Below are positions 8,992 to 17,989 of a stretch of DNA of 64,000 nt, in pieces. Each line of letters begins with the position of its first letter. Position 1 is the first letter of the stretch. The position numbers and the translations under genes were made by a program. The stretch spans positions 111,431 through 175,430 of the forward strand of contig CAWCNY010000008.1 of NCBI GenBank assembly GCA_963797095.1, written 5' to 3'. This stretch comes from an uncultured Chloroflexia bacterium. Its GTDB lineage: Bacteria; Chloroflexota; Chloroflexia; QHBQ01; JADMIH01. Under the pieces are notes generated by a model. The model saw only the letters and a program-made list of their open reading frames with translations, made no database searches and was not told the DNA's origin.

Positions 8992-11187
8992 ATGAAACGG
9001 ACAACATCGTTGTTGGCGCTATTGATAATTGTATCTATGCTCCTATCGGCCTGTGGCGCAAATTCGACCCCCACCCCGCTCCCTGCTCCCACAAATACGG
9101 CCGCGCCGGTGGTAGTGCCAACAGACACCACAGCCCCCGCAGCCACAGCCACTACAGCACCTGTGGCCACGGCCACCACCCCGGCGGCGGCAGGAGGCAA
9201 GATAGCCATCCTGCTCCCTGAGACCAAGACAGCCAGGTATGAGAGCCAGGACCTCCCCAACTTCAAGGCCGAGCTCACGGCTCTAGGTTTCGACGTAGAC
9301 AACAATCTGATCTACAGCAACGCGAACCAGGACGCAGCCGCCCAGCAGCAGCAGGCTGAAGCTGCCCTCACTAACGGCGCGAAAGTGCTGGTGCTCGACC
9401 CTGTCGACTCCGATGCCGCTGCCGTGATTGCTGATGCAGCCAAAGCTAAGGGTGTGCCGGTCATCTCTTATGACCGCCTGATCAAGAACACGGATGCTGT
9501 GAATTACTACATCTCCTTCGACAACGAGCAGGTTGGCAAGCTCCAGGGTGAGAGCTTACTGACTGCTCTTGCCGGGGTTACGAACCCAAGCATCGTGATG
9601 ATCAACGGCTCGCCTACTGATAACAACGCTACCCTCTTCAAGCAAGGTGCTCACTCGGTGCTCGATGGCAAAGTAACCATCGCCAAAGAGTACGATACCC
9701 CCGACTGGTCCCCTGACAAGGCCCAGGAGGAGATGACCCAGGCTCTCACCGCCCTTGGCAACAAAGTAGATGGGGTGTATGCCGCCAATGACGGCACCGG
9801 TGGTGGCGCTATCGCTGCCATGAAGGCTGCTGGCATCTCCCCACTTCCTCCAGTCACAGGGCAGGATGCAGAGTTGGCAGCAATCCAGCGTATCCTGGCA
9901 GGTGAGCAGTACATGACCGTCTACAAGGCCATCAAGCCTGAGGCCGAAACTGCTGCCCAACTTGCCTTCATCCTGCTGGGTGGCGGCACCCCTAATACAT
10001 CGAGGATCAACGGCCAGGTCGACAACGGCAAGATCAATGTACCCTCCGTGCTGCTCGTGCCGGTAGCCGTGACTAAAGACAACGTCGCCAGCACCGTCAT
10101 AGCTGACGGTTTCTGGACAGCCGACCAGGTCTGCACAGCCGATTACGCCCAGGCGTGCACGGACGCTGGTATCGGTGGCGGGGGCTCAACAACAGTGCCA
10201 TCAGGCAAGATAGCCATCCTGCTCCCTGAGACCAAGACAGCCAGGTATGAGAGCCAGGACCTCCCCAACTTCAAGGCCAAGCTCACGGCTCTAGGTTTCG
10301 ACGTAGACAACAATCTGATCTACAGCAACGCGAACCAGGACGCAGCCGCCCAGCAGCAGCAGGCTGAAGCTGCCCTCACTAACGGCGCGAAAGTGCTGGT
10401 GCTCGACCCTGTCGACTCCGATGCCGCTGCCGTGATTGCTGATGCAGCCAAAGCTAAGGGTGTGCCGGTCATCTCTTATGACCGCCTGATCAAGAACACG
10501 GATGCTGTGAATTACTACATCTCCTTCGACAACGAGCAGGTTGGCAAGCTCCAGGGTGAGAGCTTACTGACTGCTCTTGCCGGGGTTACGAACCCAAGCA
10601 TCGTGATGATCAACGGCTCGCCTACTGATAACAACGCTACCCTCTTCAAGCAAGGTGCTCACTCGGTGCTCGATGGCAAAGTAACCATCGCCAAAGAGTA
10701 CGATACCCCCGACTGGTCCCCTGACAAGGCCCAGGAGGAGATGACCCAGGCTCTCACCGCCCTTGGCAACAAAGTAGATGGGGTGTATGCCGCCAATGAC
10801 GGCACCGGTGGTGGCGCTATCGCTGCCATGAAGGCTGCTGGCATCTCCCCACTTCCTCCAGTCACAGGGCAGGATGCAGAGTTGGCAGCAATCCAGCGTA
10901 TCCTGGCAGGTGAGCAGTACATGACCGTCTACAAGGCCATCAAGCCTGAGGCCGAAACTGCTGCCCAACTTGCCTTTACCCTGCTGGGTGGCGGCACTCC
11001 CGACGCATCTATGGTCAACGGCCAGGTCGACAACGGCAAGATCAACGTCCCGTCCATTCTGCTCGTGCCGGTAGCCGTGACTAAAGACAACGTCGCCAGC
11101 ACCGTCATAGCTGACGGTTTCTGGACAGCCGACCAGGTCTGCACAGCCGATTACGCCCAGGCGTGCACGGACGCTGGCATCAAGTAA
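8992..11187 (+). CDS. Sugar ABC substrate-binding lipoprotein (XylF-like) with two tandem binding domains
   Basis: Lipobox LSAC, P/T/A linker, then two copies of KIAILLPETKTARYE...ANDGTGGG...TGQDAE...VCTADYAQAC. AGGAGG RBS. Confidence 0.92.
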   Translation: MKRTTSLLALLIIVSMLLSACGANSTPTPLPAPTNTAAPVVVPTDTTAPAATATTAPVATATTPAAAGGKIAILLPETKTARYESQDLPNFKAELTALGFDVDNNLIYSNANQDAAAQQQQAEAALTNGAKVLVLDPVDSDAAAVIADAAKAKGVPVISYDRLIKNTDAVNYYISFDNEQVGKLQGESLLTALAGVTNPSIVMINGSPTDNNATLFKQGAHSVLDGKVTIAKEYDTPDWSPDKAQEEMTQALTALGNKVDGVYAANDGTGGGAIAAMKAAGISPLPPVTGQDAELAAIQRILAGEQYMTVYKAIKPEAETAAQLAFILLGGGTPNTSRINGQVDNGKINVPSVLLVPVAVTKDNVASTVIADGFWTADQVCTADYAQACTDAGIGGGGSTTVPSGKIAILLPETKTARYESQDLPNFKAKLTALGFDVDNNLIYSNANQDAAAQQQQAEAALTNGAKVLVLDPVDSDAAAVIADAAKAKGVPVISYDRLIKNTDAVNYYISFDNEQVGKLQGESLLTALAGVTNPSIVMINGSPTDNNATLFKQGAHSVLDGKVTIAKEYDTPDWSPDKAQEEMTQALTALGNKVDGVYAANDGTGGGAIAAMKAAGISPLPPVTGQDAELAAIQRILAGEQYMTVYKAIKPEAETAAQLAFTLLGGGTPDASMVNGQVDNGKINVPSILLVPVAVTKDNVASTVIADGFWTADQVCTADYAQACTDAGIK
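9196..11181 (+). repeat. Intragenic direct repeat of ~978 bp (9196-10173 and 10204-11181, period 1008)
   Basis: The copies read as identical apart from a change at ~9271, a divergent patch at ~9969-10050 and a synonymous change near the end. Confidence 0.95.
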
Positions 11188-11202
11188 GTAGATCCTAGTA
11201 TA

Positions 11203-11245
11203 ATAGGGGACCGGGGCGGGCTAACACCCTCCCTGGTTCCCTATT
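11203..11245 (+). other. Intergenic stem-loop between the SBP and ATPase genes (mRNA stabiliser or partial terminator)
   Basis: TAGGGGACCGGGGCGGG...CCCTCCCTGGTTCCCTA pairing, a typical position in ABC operons. Confidence 0.5.
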
Positions 11246-11267
11246 GTTCCCTATAGGAGGAACGTCA

Positions 11268-12098
11268 ATGGCGACATCGGAACGCACGCCAGTGCTCGAA
11301 TTACGCGGTATCAGCAAGCGTTTCGGCGCTGTGCAGGCGCTTACCGACGTAAACTTCGACGTATACGCAGCCGAGGTGGTGGGACTTGTGGGCGACAATG
11401 GCGCGGGCAAGTCTACCCTTATTAAATGCATCGCAGGTATTCATCCAATAGATTCGGGCGAGATCTACTTTGAAGGACGGCGCGTAACGATCTCAGGCCC
11501 TAAGGGCGCGCTGCAACTCGGAATATCTACTGTGTACCAGGACCTTGCTCTGTGTGACAACCTGGACGTAGTCGCCAACCTCTATCTGGGCCGCGAAGAG
11601 TCGCGCCCGATCATCCCCGGCATATTCAGCATCGTTAACGAGACAAAGATGGAGCAACGTGCTATCGACGTGCTCCGGGGTCTCTCCGTGACAATTCCGA
11701 GCGTAAGAACACTGATCGCCTCGTTGTCAGGCGGCCAGCGCCAGTCAGTAGCTGTCGCGAGGTCGGTCATGTGGAAGCCCAAGCTGGTTATCCTGGACGA
11801 GCCGACAGCCGCGCTGGGTGTTGCCCAAACTCGTCAGGTTCTGGACCTGATCCGCCGCCTGCGCGAGCAGGGGCTGGCTGTGATCGTGATCAGCCACAAT
11901 CTTGAAGATGTCTTCTCGGTCGTGGACAGGATTAGCGTATTGCGCCTGGGCCGTAACGCCGGCACATTCGATGTCAAGGATGTGAGCTATGAGCAGGTGG
12001 TAGCCGCTATCACAGGCGCGGAGTTCGGGACTTGGGAGCAAGGCGCTCACGAGGCTGAAGACGAGGTGGTTGCCCCGGCAGGAGGTGGAGTGTCATGA
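11268..12098 (+). CDS. Sugar ABC transporter ATP-binding protein (single NBD)
   Basis: Intact GDNGAGKST, VYQD, LSGGQRQ, VILDEPTAALG and ISHNL motifs. AGGAGG RBS before ATG 11268. Confidence 0.95.
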   Translation: MATSERTPVLELRGISKRFGAVQALTDVNFDVYAAEVVGLVGDNGAGKSTLIKCIAGIHPIDSGEIYFEGRRVTISGPKGALQLGISTVYQDLALCDNLDVVANLYLGREESRPIIPGIFSIVNETKMEQRAIDVLRGLSVTIPSVRTLIASLSGGQRQSVAVARSVMWKPKLVILDEPTAALGVAQTRQVLDLIRRLREQGLAVIVISHNLEDVFSVVDRISVLRLGRNAGTFDVKDVSYEQVVAAITGAEFGTWEQGAHEAEDEVVAPAGGGVS

Positions 12099-13309
12099 GC
12101 ACTATGATCGACGATCCACGCCTGATCAAGCAGGAGGCCGGCGGCAACTTCTTCAGCAACCTGCGCAAGCGCTTCGCCTATACCGACCTGGGCCAATTGC
12201 CCGTTTTGATCGGCCTGGTGCTGATCTGGGTGATCTTCCAGTGGGCCAACGCCAACTTCCTCAGCCCCGTCAACCTGACCAACCTGCTTTTGCAAAACGT
12301 GGCAATAGGGATCACGTCGGTGGGCATCACGTTGGTGCTGCTGCTGGGCGAGATCGACCTGTCGGTAGGTGCGGTAAGCGGGCTTACGGCCTCCATCATG
12401 GCCGTCCAAAATGTTAAGAACGGCATGCCCGGCATAGTGGCTATAGGGTTGGCGCTGCTGGCAGGGGCTGTAATCGGTCTTATTCATGGCCTCTGGCTCA
12501 CCAAGTTGCGCGTTCCCGCTTTCGTAGTAACCCTGGCAGGTCTACTTGGCTGGCAGGGAGCGCAATTGCAGGTGCTGGGCACCACAGGCACGGTCAACTT
12601 GCGGGACCCGACCATCACCGGGCTGACGCTCACATTCTTCCCGGCGTTCTGGTCCTGGGTGATTACAATAGCAGCTGTAGCGCTATACGCAATCGGATCG
12701 TTCTGGGAGCGGCAACAACGTGTTTCGGCGGGCCTAGTTTCTATCACCCGCAGCGCCCTTGTAGCGCGAATCGCGGCTGTCAGCATTGGCGTGCTGGCGG
12801 CCACCGCCATATTCACAGCCGACCGTGGCCTCCCCCTTTCCGTGGTGATCTTCCTTGGGGTCATAGTGGTCATGAACACGGTGACCAAGCGCACCAAATT
12901 CGGGCGGTACATCTATGCCGTGGGCGGTAACGCCGAGGCGTCCAGGCGTGCCAGCATCAACGTGGACAACATCCGCATCGCCGTCTTCACACTCTGTTCG
13001 TTACTGGCGGCGTTAGGGGGGGTGATGGCAGGCTCGCGACTCCTTGCGGTGAACCAAAGCTCAGGGGGGAGCGACTTCCTGCTGAACACTATTGCGGCGG
13101 CGGTTATCGGGGGGACGAGCCTGTTCGGTGGGCGGGGCACGGTGTGGGCAGCGCTGCTGGGTGCGCTGGTGATCGGGTCGATCTCGAATGGTATGGATCT
13201 GCTGGCGCTTCCCTCGCCGGTGAAGTTTATGATCACGGGCGGGGTGCTGCTGGCAGCGGTTACTCTGGACGCTCTGATCCGCAGGCGCAGAGTGGCCACG
13301 GGGCGATAA
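12095..13309 (+). CDS. Sugar ABC transporter permease (XylH-like)
   Basis: GEIDLSVG, FGRYIYAVGGNAEASRRA and IAAAVIGGTSLFGGRG motifs; multiple TM helices. Confidence 0.95.
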   Translation: MSTMIDDPRLIKQEAGGNFFSNLRKRFAYTDLGQLPVLIGLVLIWVIFQWANANFLSPVNLTNLLLQNVAIGITSVGITLVLLLGEIDLSVGAVSGLTASIMAVQNVKNGMPGIVAIGLALLAGAVIGLIHGLWLTKLRVPAFVVTLAGLLGWQGAQLQVLGTTGTVNLRDPTITGLTLTFFPAFWSWVITIAAVALYAIGSFWERQQRVSAGLVSITRSALVARIAAVSIGVLAATAIFTADRGLPLSVVIFLGVIVVMNTVTKRTKFGRYIYAVGGNAEASRRASINVDNIRIAVFTLCSLLAALGGVMAGSRLLAVNQSSGGSDFLLNTIAAAVIGGTSLFGGRGTVWAALLGALVIGSISNGMDLLALPSPVKFMITGGVLLAAVTLDALIRRRRVATGR

Positions 13310-13352
13310 ACTAGCCCAGGCTTCGTCTCAGCGATTGCTGAGGCAGATAATC

Positions 13353-13400
13353 GAGCCGGAAATGCCCTATCTAGAGCGCCCGGCTCTTTCTTTGTCTTTG
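13353..13400 (+). terminator. Rho-independent terminator candidate after the sugar ABC operon
   Basis: GAGCCGG...CCGGCTC followed by TTTCTTTGTCTTTG. Confidence 0.55.
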
Positions 13401-13484
13401 TGACCCATTCCACTCAGCAGAGAGATCAAACCTGACGCTGTTTCCCCTTCACATAGTTATTAAATATCTAGCAAAATAATATCT

Positions 13485-14093
13485 ATGCCGAGACAATTCA
13501 AACGTTCACCCCTCGCCCTGGCCATACTCGCCCTCTTTCACGAAGCGCCGATGCACCCATATCGAATGCAGCGGCTGATCAAAGATCGCGGCAAGGACCA
13601 GGTTATCAATGTCCAACAGCGTGCCAGTCTCTACCAGACCGTCGGCCAGCTCCTTCGCGCCGGGCTGATCACCTTCTGGGAGAATGAACGCAATGAAGGA
13701 TTTCCGGAGCGTACCGTCTACAAGCTCACCGATAAAGGCCACCACACAGCCGTGAATTGGATGCGGGAGATGCTCTCAACACCTGCTCAGGAATACCCGC
13801 AGTTCCCGGCGGCGATCTCCCTGCTACCACTTCTGACGACGAAGGACGCTATTCACCGGTTAGAGATACGGGAAGCCACGCTTGCCGGGCAAATAGCCTC
13901 CATTGATGCGGAAATACAAACATATGCGGTTAGCTTACCCAGGATCTTCTTGCTTGAATCAGAATACATGAGGACCATGCTTGACGCCGAACTGAAATGG
14001 GTGCGCTCGGTCATCGCAGACTTGGACAGCGGCCAGCTTACCTGGAACCAGGAATGGATGCAGCCATCTGAGCCGCCGCGGCCACAAGAGTGA
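13485..14093 (+). CDS. PadR-family transcriptional regulator
   Basis: PMHPYRM...ASLYQTVGQL...PERTVYKLTDKG winged helix plus a C-terminal helical domain. Confidence 0.9.
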   Translation: MPRQFKRSPLALAILALFHEAPMHPYRMQRLIKDRGKDQVINVQQRASLYQTVGQLLRAGLITFWENERNEGFPERTVYKLTDKGHHTAVNWMREMLSTPAQEYPQFPAAISLLPLLTTKDAIHRLEIREATLAGQIASIDAEIQTYAVSLPRIFLLESEYMRTMLDAELKWVRSVIADLDSGQLTWNQEWMQPSEPPRPQE

Positions 14094-14135
14094 TCGTCTT
14101 CCCACGCGAACATAGTCATTGAAAGGAGAATTCAA

Positions 14136-14825
14136 ATGGCAGTCAATACAGCAAACTCCAAAGCCCCAAAAGCTCACAAGGGATATAAAGGCATCGCCAT
14201 GGAAGGGCCTATCGCCACCTGGTACGCTCGGAATACTCGCTCCAGGATCGAGGATCAGCGGCGGTTAGCACACCTTTTCGCCGAGAGTGTCCCTGTGGGG
14301 GGCCGCGTGCTGGAAGTTGCACCTGGCCCGGGCTATCTATCAATTGAGCTTGCCAGGTTGGGGAAGTTTCGGGTCACGGGCCTCGATATCAGTCAAACCT
14401 TTGTCAAAATCGAGCGGCAGAATGCAGCGGAGGCAGGTGTCAACATTGATTTTAACCACGGAGATGCTACCAACATGCCGTTTGAGGATAACAGCTTTGA
14501 CTTTGCCGGGTGCGTAGCTGCTTTCAAGAATTTCGCACAACCTGTCCAGGCCCTCAACGAGTTCTCCCGGGTCCTCAAACCCGGCGGAACGGCCATGATC
14601 GTAGATCTTCGGCGAGATGCCTCCATCGAAGACCTCAATCAGGAAGTAAAGAGGATGAAGCTCAACCCACTAAACGCATTCCTCACCAGGTGGACGTTCA
14701 GACATGTGCTGCTCAAGAACGCCTACACCCGAGGCGAGTTCGAAGCGCTTGTGGCCGGGACGAACTTCAAACAGTGCGATATTCAGAACGACCTGATCGG
14801 CATGGAGATAACGCTCAAAAGATAG
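14136..14825 (+). CDS. Class I SAM-dependent methyltransferase
   Basis: VLEVAPGPG, GLDIS, GDATNMPFEDNSFD and RVLKPGG motifs. Confidence 0.92.
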   Translation: MAVNTANSKAPKAHKGYKGIAMEGPIATWYARNTRSRIEDQRRLAHLFAESVPVGGRVLEVAPGPGYLSIELARLGKFRVTGLDISQTFVKIERQNAAEAGVNIDFNHGDATNMPFEDNSFDFAGCVAAFKNFAQPVQALNEFSRVLKPGGTAMIVDLRRDASIEDLNQEVKRMKLNPLNAFLTRWTFRHVLLKNAYTRGEFEALVAGTNFKQCDIQNDLIGMEITLKR

Positions 14826-14856
14826 GCCAACATAAGGCGTAGAATAGAGTCGTTTC

Positions 14857-14895
14857 GGGGCCAGGGATGGCGATACGGTTGCGATCCCTGGCCCC
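14857..14895. terminator. GC-rich stem-loop downstream of the methyltransferase
   Basis: 12-bp stem GGGGCCAGGGAT/ATCCCTGGCCCC. Confidence 0.5.
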
Positions 14896-15203
14896 TCGCT
14901 ATGCGGCCTATATAGTACGAAAGTTCCGCCTCACCATTACTTAATGCTCAGTCCTACTTCTTGAGATTAATTCGCCGGTCACCCTATACTACCATTGATC
15001 GTGCCATGCCAGGTACCGGCAGATGGCATATCAAGTATGGGCATTCAGCACCGGGTAACACCTTACCTGACCGGCTTATTACCCGGCTTATTCTTCGTTT
15101 GTAAATGTTGACCTGGGGCCGGCCAAAACTCGTCACTCGTCACAAATGATCCTTCATGAGCGATATCGCCGGGACGCTACACTGAAATGAGGGTGCTGCA
15201 CAT

Positions 15204-15983
15204 ATGGAAGCCATAAACAGACAACTCGACGCCCAGGAGCTTGGAGAGAAACAGGAGCGATCCCTTGCCCGCATGGAGGAAGCCACAAGCTACCTCATCG
15301 GCATGGTCGAAAACCTTCATATAGGGGATATGGCTATGGTCGAAGATATGAAGTACCACCTCCATATCCTCCAAACCGAGCAGGAAACCTTCAAATCCAC
15401 TCTCACCAGGCAGAAAATGCAGTTAGCCTTCTACGGTTCATTCGACAAGCTGATTTACGATACCATCCAGCAGCCTGTATCCCAGGCAATTGACGTGGTA
15501 CGCTCCATCGTTGAGCAGGCCGAGCGACAGGCCGCCTCCATGGTAGAAGAAGCCCAGCACGAGCGCGACCTCATCCTGTCCAAAGCTCGTTTGCAGGCGA
15601 AGAAGATAAAGAGCAACGCCAACCAGGCTGCAACCAACGGTCCTGCGCAGGCCATGTCTATGTTTCCCACCACGCCCCTGCATCACCAGATGGACAAACA
15701 GACCGAACTGGTGGTCTCCGGCTTCAAGACATTCAGCCAGACGGTGGAGTTCCAGAAGGCGCTCATGTCCATTCCTGAGATCACACACGCCAAGGTACGA
15801 CTTATACAAAGGGGCCTGGTGAACCTGGAAGTGCGCCACGAGCCGGGCACCGACCTCGCCGAATGCATCGCTCAGCTTCCGGGCTTCGTATTCCGTACCG
15901 TGGCACAGGAGCAAGGTCTGCTCACCCTTGCCCTCGAGTCGGATTTGCCTTCCCACCAATCCCCGCCGGAACCGGCAGAGTAA
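15204..15983 (+). CDS. Hypothetical coiled-coil protein (DivIVA/FliH-like heptads plus a small C-terminal alpha/beta domain); first gene of the polysaccharide locus
   Basis: IVEQAERQAASMVEEAQHERDLILSKARLQAKKIK pattern; GAGG RBS. Confidence 0.7.
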   Translation: MEAINRQLDAQELGEKQERSLARMEEATSYLIGMVENLHIGDMAMVEDMKYHLHILQTEQETFKSTLTRQKMQLAFYGSFDKLIYDTIQQPVSQAIDVVRSIVEQAERQAASMVEEAQHERDLILSKARLQAKKIKSNANQAATNGPAQAMSMFPTTPLHHQMDKQTELVVSGFKTFSQTVEFQKALMSIPEITHAKVRLIQRGLVNLEVRHEPGTDLAECIAQLPGFVFRTVAQEQGLLTLALESDLPSHQSPPEPAE

Positions 15984-16001
15984 TAAGTCCCAGGACAAAA
16001 G

Positions 16002-16211
16002 TTGCAAGAATACTTACTGGCATTACTGGGCAGGATATGGCAGGTAATACACATCTGCGTGATCGTGCTCGTCTGGTTAGCCGTCTTCCTCGGGGCGTTC
16101 CTGGGTTATTTCGGATTGCTCGGAGTGGCGGTGGCTCTGTCGCTCTGTATCACTTACCTTATCGTGGCGCGCCGCGAGAAACAACGCTCCAAGAGCAACA
16201 AGCCCTGGTAA
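16002..16211 (+). CDS. Small two-TM membrane protein
   Basis: Hydrophobic 69-aa ORF with a basic tail, tightly filling the gap between operon genes; TTG start. Confidence 0.55.
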   Translation: MQEYLLALLGRIWQVIHICVIVLVWLAVFLGAFLGYFGLLGVAVALSLCITYLIVARREKQRSKSNKPW

Positions 16212-16228
16212 GTCAATAAGATACCGAG

Positions 16229-17989
16229 ATGATCACCGCACCAGTTTCTACCTCAAAACAAATCATATCGCTTGCAGGGCTCGTCCCGAACCCTGATGCG
16301 TTGCTGTTGCTTCAACCCCACGAAGCCTACGCCTGGAAGGTGCTGCCGCTAGGCTGGGAAAAGGAGAAACTGGTCGTCGCCACCCCGCAGCCGCTCGAAC
16401 CCCTCCAACTGAGTATGCTCAGGTTGAGGACCAGGTGGTCGATCATTCAGCGCGTCTGCTCTGAGATAGAGCTAAAGATAGCGCTGGACAAGTATTACGG
16501 CAAGCCAAGCCAGCCCCGGAACACGCTCCGCTCAATCGATCCGCTAGCCTTGTTGCGCGCCCTCGACATAGTGCCCAATGAGGTTGTGCGCCTCGCGCTC
16601 GGCCAGCAAGTCTACAATCGGGACGCCAGCGATAGCTGGCTTGATTGGTTGCAGCACCAGGGAGAGATCAGTGTTGAGCAGGTTACGCTGCTACGGGCGG
16701 CCCAGCACAACCGCCCCTACCTGCGCGTCACCCGGTTCAGCAGCCCACCCGGATTGGCCGTAATCGTCCCCGCGCTGCTCGCTGCTCGTTGGAATGCTGT
16801 GCCGTTCTATGCGGACGCCCATCGAGTATGGGTATATACGCCGGGCGATTCCCCGCTCCTGAATCCTGACGAGTTGTCGCGCACAGTTGGCCTTGAGGTG
16901 CGCCCTGTCTTCGTTACCAGGACCCAATGGGACATAGCCTTTATCCGCCTCTATAAAGGAGCGCAATCGCAATCCGGCCCGGCGCACACCGTAGACCACA
17001 TCCTCACAAATGAAGACTGGCTCAGCGCCTCCCAGAAGGCCCAGGCGCGTGAAGTGACGCGCCGCACCGGCACCCCCATATCTGCTCTGGCTCGCGGGAA
17101 AGGGTGGCTGGCAGAGCAAGATTGGCACAAAGTCGAGGCCCGCCGCTGGGGCCTCATCCCAGGTTACGAGGCGAAACCAGGTGATACCGCTACCCTGCAA
17201 GGGCTATCTTTCACAATCGATCTCTGCAAGCATTGGGGGGTGGTACCTCTCGCGTTGCGCGAAAATGACCTGCACATCGGCCTCTCTCAGACCGCACAAA
17301 GCCAGTTGATCTCGGCTGTATCCGCCATTACAAAGCACCCTGTCCACGCGCACCTGCTTACCAAAGAGCAATACAAACGAGCCTGGAGCCTCTATTTCGA
17401 GCAAGACCGTAATATAGTCTCGCCGGTGCCTACACTTGACGAGTGGCTCCTGGCCGGGGTGTATACCACCGCGGACCAGATGGAAAAAGCCCTGGAACAC
17501 GGCCAGGCCGAGAAGAAGCAGTTGGATGAAAGCCTTCTCGCGCTCGGCCTTGTAAGCACCACCGACCTCGCCGAGGTATTGAGCCTGCAAAGTGACCTCC
17601 CCTGGTTCCCCCTTGAAAACCCACCGCGCCCACTCTCCCTGGAGCAGCGCGTAGCGCTCCCTGCGGAGCAGCGCGTAGCGCTCCCTGCGGAGCAGCGCGT
17701 AGCGCTCCCTGCGGAGCAGCGCGTAGCGCTCCCTGCGGAGCAGCGCGTAGCGCTCCCTGCGGAGCAGCGCGTAGCGCTCCCTGCGGAGCAGCGCGTAGCG
17801 CTCCCTGCGGAGCAGCGCGCCAGGCTTGGTATGGCTCGCACAGTGGTGCCGTTGGTCGACCTCGGACGCTCACCTGATGGGGTAAAATCGGTGCTTGTGG
17901 CCGTGTCCGACCCATATGAATTGAGTGGGCAGAACAAAGGAGACCCGGAGGACGAAGGACAAAGGCCGGAAGGCGAAGGAGAGTTCTGA
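16229..17989 (+). CDS. Tandem MshEN/T2SSE_N-domain region; probably the N-terminal part of the GT2 synthase (frameshifted)
   Basis: Repeated modules (VLPL..LVVATPQP; AVPF..VWVYTP; VVPL..LHIGLS; VVPL..VLVAVSDP) with degenerate MshEN helices such as PTLDEWLLAGVYTTADQMEKALEHGQ. The last domain is cut after VAVSDPYEL. Confidence 0.75.
   Translation: MITAPVSTSKQIISLAGLVPNPDALLLLQPHEAYAWKVLPLGWEKEKLVVATPQPLEPLQLSMLRLRTRWSIIQRVCSEIELKIALDKYYGKPSQPRNTLRSIDPLALLRALDIVPNEVVRLALGQQVYNRDASDSWLDWLQHQGEISVEQVTLLRAAQHNRPYLRVTRFSSPPGLAVIVPALLAARWNAVPFYADAHRVWVYTPGDSPLLNPDELSRTVGLEVRPVFVTRTQWDIAFIRLYKGAQSQSGPAHTVDHILTNEDWLSASQKAQAREVTRRTGTPISALARGKGWLAEQDWHKVEARRWGLIPGYEAKPGDTATLQGLSFTIDLCKHWGVVPLALRENDLHIGLSQTAQSQLISAVSAITKHPVHAHLLTKEQYKRAWSLYFEQDRNIVSPVPTLDEWLLAGVYTTADQMEKALEHGQAEKKQLDESLLALGLVSTTDLAEVLSLQSDLPWFPLENPPRPLSLEQRVALPAEQRVALPAEQRVALPAEQRVALPAEQRVALPAEQRVALPAEQRVALPAEQRARLGMARTVVPLVDLGRSPDGVKSVLVAVSDPYELSGQNKGDPEDEGQRPEGEGEF
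17641..17820. repeat. Tandem array of 7.5 x 24 bp GGAGCAGCGCGTAGCGCTCCCTGC, in frame inside the CDS (EQRVALPA repeats)
   Basis: Read directly; same family as 3234-3358. Confidence 0.95.

Noticed and set aside
8992-13309. Assigning xylFGH symbols
   Set aside because: The family resemblance is clear, but no xylose catabolic genes are adjacent and the ligand cannot be established from sequence.
14900-15200. c-di-GMP riboswitch upstream of the polysaccharide operon
   Set aside because: No class I or class II consensus could be recognised by eye. Only a short CCGGCTTATT direct repeat and a weak hairpin are present.
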